DNA of 64,000 nucleotides from Arcobacteraceae bacterium. GTDB lineage: Bacteria; Campylobacterota; Campylobacteria; Campylobacterales; Arcobacteraceae. Shown piece after piece: positions 60,193 to 64,000 of this stretch (its first letter is position 1; the number at the start of each line of letters is the position of its first letter). Below the pieces are notes generated by a model. The model searched no databases. It was not told the DNA's origin and was given only the letters and a program-made list of their open reading frames with translations. Position numbers and translations under genes: made by a program. The DNA lies in the NCBI GenBank assembly GCA_965224485.1, contig CBDCZH010000015.1:480001-544000 (forward strand), written 5' to 3'.

Positions 60193-63100
60193 GTTTTTTC
60201 AAGCCTCAATATTTAAAAGTGGAGTTTTCTGGACACTTTTTATTGCTTTCTTAGTCTCAATGACTATTATTTTTGTATTTCCTTTCTTTTTTGAATCATA
60301 TAAAGATTTAACATATAGACTTCTTATTGCTTTTTCAATTTTCTTTATAACACTTGTTTTAGTTTTACTTTATGTAATTTTTTTACAAGAGCGAACACAG
60401 CAAATGCTTAAAGAAAGACGGGAGCGAAAATTAAAAGAAGAAGAAAAACATAAAATAATCAAAGAAAAAATCAAAGATATCAAAACTAGATTTAATGAAG
60501 CACTTAAAATATTAAAAAAATCTACTTTATATAAAAATACAAGAAGAGCAAGATATGAGCTACCTTGGTATTTAATGGTAGGAAAAGAATCAGAAGGTAA
60601 AACTACTTTATTAGAAGCTTCTGGCTTAGACTTCCCTATTAATGTAAACTATGAGAATAGAAGTGTAAAAGAAGAAGGTTCTACTAAAAACTTTCAGTGG
60701 TATTATGCTGAGCATGCTATTTTTATTGATATGCCTGGTAATTATATTCATCAAGAACAAGATGAAAATGATTCTATTGTATGGCAAAAAGGATTTTTGA
60801 AATTATTTGCTAAAAAGAGAAGCAGACGTCCTATTAATGGAATAGTTTTAAATATTAGTGTTGATACTTTTATATCTAAAAGTGAAAAAGAATTAGAACA
60901 ATATGGAAAAGATTTAAGAGATAGATTTGATGAACTTTCAAATGGTTTTGCATCTAGTATTCCTATTTATTTAGTGATTACAAAATCAGATAATATTGTA
61001 GGATACAATGAGTACTTTTCAACTTTAAGTGAAGAAGAAAAAGAAGAAGTTTTAGGTGTTACTTTTAATGATCCAAAACAAAGTATAGATACAACAGTTG
61101 TAAGACCTGAATTAGAAAAACTTTTAAAAAGAGTAAATAGTTCTGTTATTGATAAGTTACATCACGAATGGGATGAAGATTCAAGAACTAAAATTTTATT
61201 ATTTTGTGATGAGTTTTCTAATATCTTTGAGAAAATTGGTATGTTTACTGATATTTGTTTTGCTCAAACTAGATATAGAAAATCACTAATGTTAAGAGGA
61301 ATTTATTTTACTTCAGTTCCACAAGAAGAAGAAATAGATACATCTTATTTATTAGGCACTAAAAAAGAAGAAAAACTTAGTACTGGAAGAAGTTCAAGAG
61401 GTTATTTTATTAAAAACCTTTTACAAAATGTAATCTTTCCTGAATCTGATTTAATTAATATGGATTTAAATTATAAAAAAATAAACAAAAGAAAACAGAC
61501 TATATCTTTGAGTTTAGCAGTAGCTTCTGTTGTTTTATTTTCATTTATTTGGATAAAAGATTTTGTTAATCATAATAATTTACTTCATGATTTAGAAAAT
61601 AGATTTGAAAAAGTTTCAATTCAAAGAGATAATATAAATACTAGTGATAATTTTGAAGATATTTTAAAAACAATAAATGAAATTGATTCAATTAAAGAAA
61701 CATATGAAAAAGAAACATCTTCTAGTTTTTATAAACTAACATTTTTTAATGTAGAAGATAAAACAACAAGTTTATATAATCTTTATCAAGACTCTTTATA
61801 TAAACTTTTATTACCAAGAGTTGCAAAACTTTTAAATAATCAGATTATGTCAAACCTTAATAATTATGATAGAACTTGGAAGAATACAGAAACATACTTG
61901 ATGTTAAATAACGAGAAACATAGAGACAATGATGTTTTAAAAACTTCTTTAGCTACATCATGGGCTAGACTTTATCCAAATAAACCTACAGTTCAAAGAT
62001 CTCTAAATAAGCATTTTAAGCAACTTCTTAGTTTTGGATACACTCCTTATTCTTTAGATAAAAATACTTTAAAAATAGCAAGAGCGGTATTAACAAGTAA
62101 AGGAACTATTTCTATTACTTATAATGCTTTAAAACAAAAAGTTCAAGAAAATATGAACTTAAAAAGTTTTAGTTTTTCTCAAGTTTTAGGAAGTAATATA
62201 GCTTCATTTGATTCTGATAATATTAAGATTCCTGGTTTTTATACAAAAGAAGGATACTCAAAAGTTATAGTTGCACAAGGAAAAGCTTTAACAAAAGAAG
62301 TACTTTTAAATAACTGGGTATTAGGTGCTAGAACTGATCTAACTTCTAGTGAAATAAATGATATTTATTCACAAGTTCTAAGTTATTATTTCAAAGATTA
62401 TAAACGTTATTGGTTAAGTGCAATATCATCTTTAAATATACCAAAGAAAAAAACAGTTGCTGGTTTAAGTAATCAATTAGAAACATTAAGTTCGGGGGAT
62501 TCTCCTATACTTTCTGTTTTAAGCTCACTAAAAATAAATACAGATATTTATACTCCAGCTGAAGTACTAATGAAAAAACCAAAAGTTAAAATTAGACTTT
62601 TAGATAAAATTGCAAAAATAGCTTCTAAAAATGCTTTGAAAAAAGCACAAACTGTGATGTCAAATATGAGTGTTAAAAATGTTAGAACTTTTTTCAAACC
62701 TTATCATGAATTATTAGATGAGGAAAATAACATAGGTCCTGATATTCAAAATGCAATGAGCAAACTAGATGAAGTTTTCCAAGAAATGACAGCAATTTAT
62801 GGAGGTGTTGAACCTGCACAAGATGCTTATAGAGTTGTAAATGGAAGAGTTACAGGAAAACATGAACCTATTATAAAAAACTTTACTTCTTTACCTATTC
62901 ATGTAAGAAAATGGTATTCACAAGCATTGAGAAATAACTGGAATTATTTATTAGCTCAGGCAAAAATTCATATTAATACTAAGTATAAAGAAGATGTTAT
63001 GACTTATTATAATGAAAAGCTAAAAAACAAATATCCTTTAAAAAGAAAAGCTTATAAAAGCAGTGTTAAAGTTGAAGATTTTAATGACTTCTTTAAAATA

Positions 63101-63678
63101 AATGGTGTTTTAGATACTTTCTTTAAAGCTTATATCTCACCTTTTGTAAAACTTAACAAAATTACATACAGAAGATTTAGAGCTTTAGAACTTGATGGTA
63201 GTGTCATAGGTTTTGATTTAGAGTTTATGAAAGATATTTTAAGATCTTATAGAATAAGAAAAGCTTTGTTTTCAAGTAGTGGTAAAGATATAGGAACAGT
63301 TGCTTATTTTAGACCAGTTGATTTAGAGCGAACATTAGCAACCATGCAATTAAACTATGATGAAGAATCAATTATTTATGAACATGGACCAATTAGAGAT
63401 ACAAGAATAACTTGGCCTCAAAAAAGTTTAAGTGCTGGTTCTAGTTTTATACTTTATGATATTAAACATGAAAAAGTTTTAGATAGTTCACAAGAAGGAG
63501 AATGGGCTTTATTTAAATTAATAGATACTTTTAAAATAAAAAAAGTTACAAAAAATTCTATTTATTTTGAATATAAAAAGATAGATATAAAGTTTCTATG
63601 AAATTAAAAGGTTCTCTTAGTAAGATATTTACAAGAAGCAACCCACTTAGAGGTTTTAGACTTAATGGAAATATTTAA
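60185..63678 (+). CDS. tssM: T6SS TssM/IcmF, apparent frameshift about 35 codons before the true end
   Basis: 'YELPWYLMVG...GKTTLL', 'RPINGIV', 'YEHGP', 'GEWALFKL'; one added A near 63575-63579 gives ...RSNPLRGFRLNGNI* at 63678. Confidence 0.93.
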
Positions 63679-64000
63679 TGAAATTTTCTAGTTTTTCTTT
63701 TACCCATCCAGGGCATCAAAGAAGAATAAACGAAGATGCATACTATTCAAATGATGAGATTGGATTATGGATAGTATGTGATGGAATGGGTGGTCATGAA
63801 GATGGTAATTTTGCAAGCCATTTAGTAACTGATACTTTTGAAAGCTTAAGTTTTGAAGGTGAGTTCAATACAAGTGTTGATAAAATTATAAAAACCGTGC
63901 ATTATATTAAAACAAAACTTGATAAAAGAGTTAATCAAAATAAAAACAAAGCTATTATTGGTACAACTTTAATGCTTTTATATATTAAAAAAGATAAAGC
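63678..64000 (+). CDS. pppA: T6SS-associated PP2C Ser/Thr phosphatase (runs off window)
   Basis: Not in ORF track. MKFSSFSFTHPGHQRRINEDAYY...LWIVCDGMGGHEDGNFAS...GTT. Confidence 0.88.
   Translation, partial: MKFSSFSFTHPGHQRRINEDAYYSNDEIGLWIVCDGMGGHEDGNFASHLVTDTFESLSFEGEFNTSVDKIIKTVHYIKTKLDKRVNQNKNKAIIGTTLMLLYIKKDK

Noticed and set aside
46830..64000. Absence of hcp and vgrG as a sign of a defective T6SS
   Set aside because: Cluster continues past the window and H2-type systems often encode these genes separately

Overview
Very AT-rich bacterial chromosome segment. Gene content and protein style suggest Campylobacterota, probably Arcobacteraceae (my inference). In order: (1) flagellar genes (flgH partial, fliL, MotE-like, fliJ, fliQ, flgI, fliM); (2) a nitrogen-assimilation island with pyrC, two P-II/Amt pairs, a sensor-like membrane protein, a NarK-type transporter, a PP2C-Ser/Thr kinase fusion, a DmsB-DmsC-like fusion, a Nas-type nitrate reductase, nirBD, a receiver-less NtrC-like regulator and a frameshifted glnD; (3) rarD and an arsenic-resistance locus containing a gamma-glutamylcyclotransferase-like gene; (4) tkt and an XRE regulator; (5) a C-P lyase operon phnFCDEGHIJKLMNP; (6) a PAAR-like/VasX-like effector-immunity pair divergent from a T6SS operon whose order matches Pseudomonas H2-T6SS but lacks the sigma54 activator. 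The strongest novel signal is a 17-bp palindrome, TGTATA-N5-TATACA, sitting 31-33 bp from a sigma70 -10 element at five nitrogen-island promoters. Its candidate reader is the NtrC-like protein coupled to glnD, which lacks the receiver domain and GAFTGA loop and has an altered Walker B. Three single-base frameshifts (glnD, a thioredoxin-like gene, tssM) may be sequencing errors. I saw no RNA genes, CRISPR arrays or IS elements.
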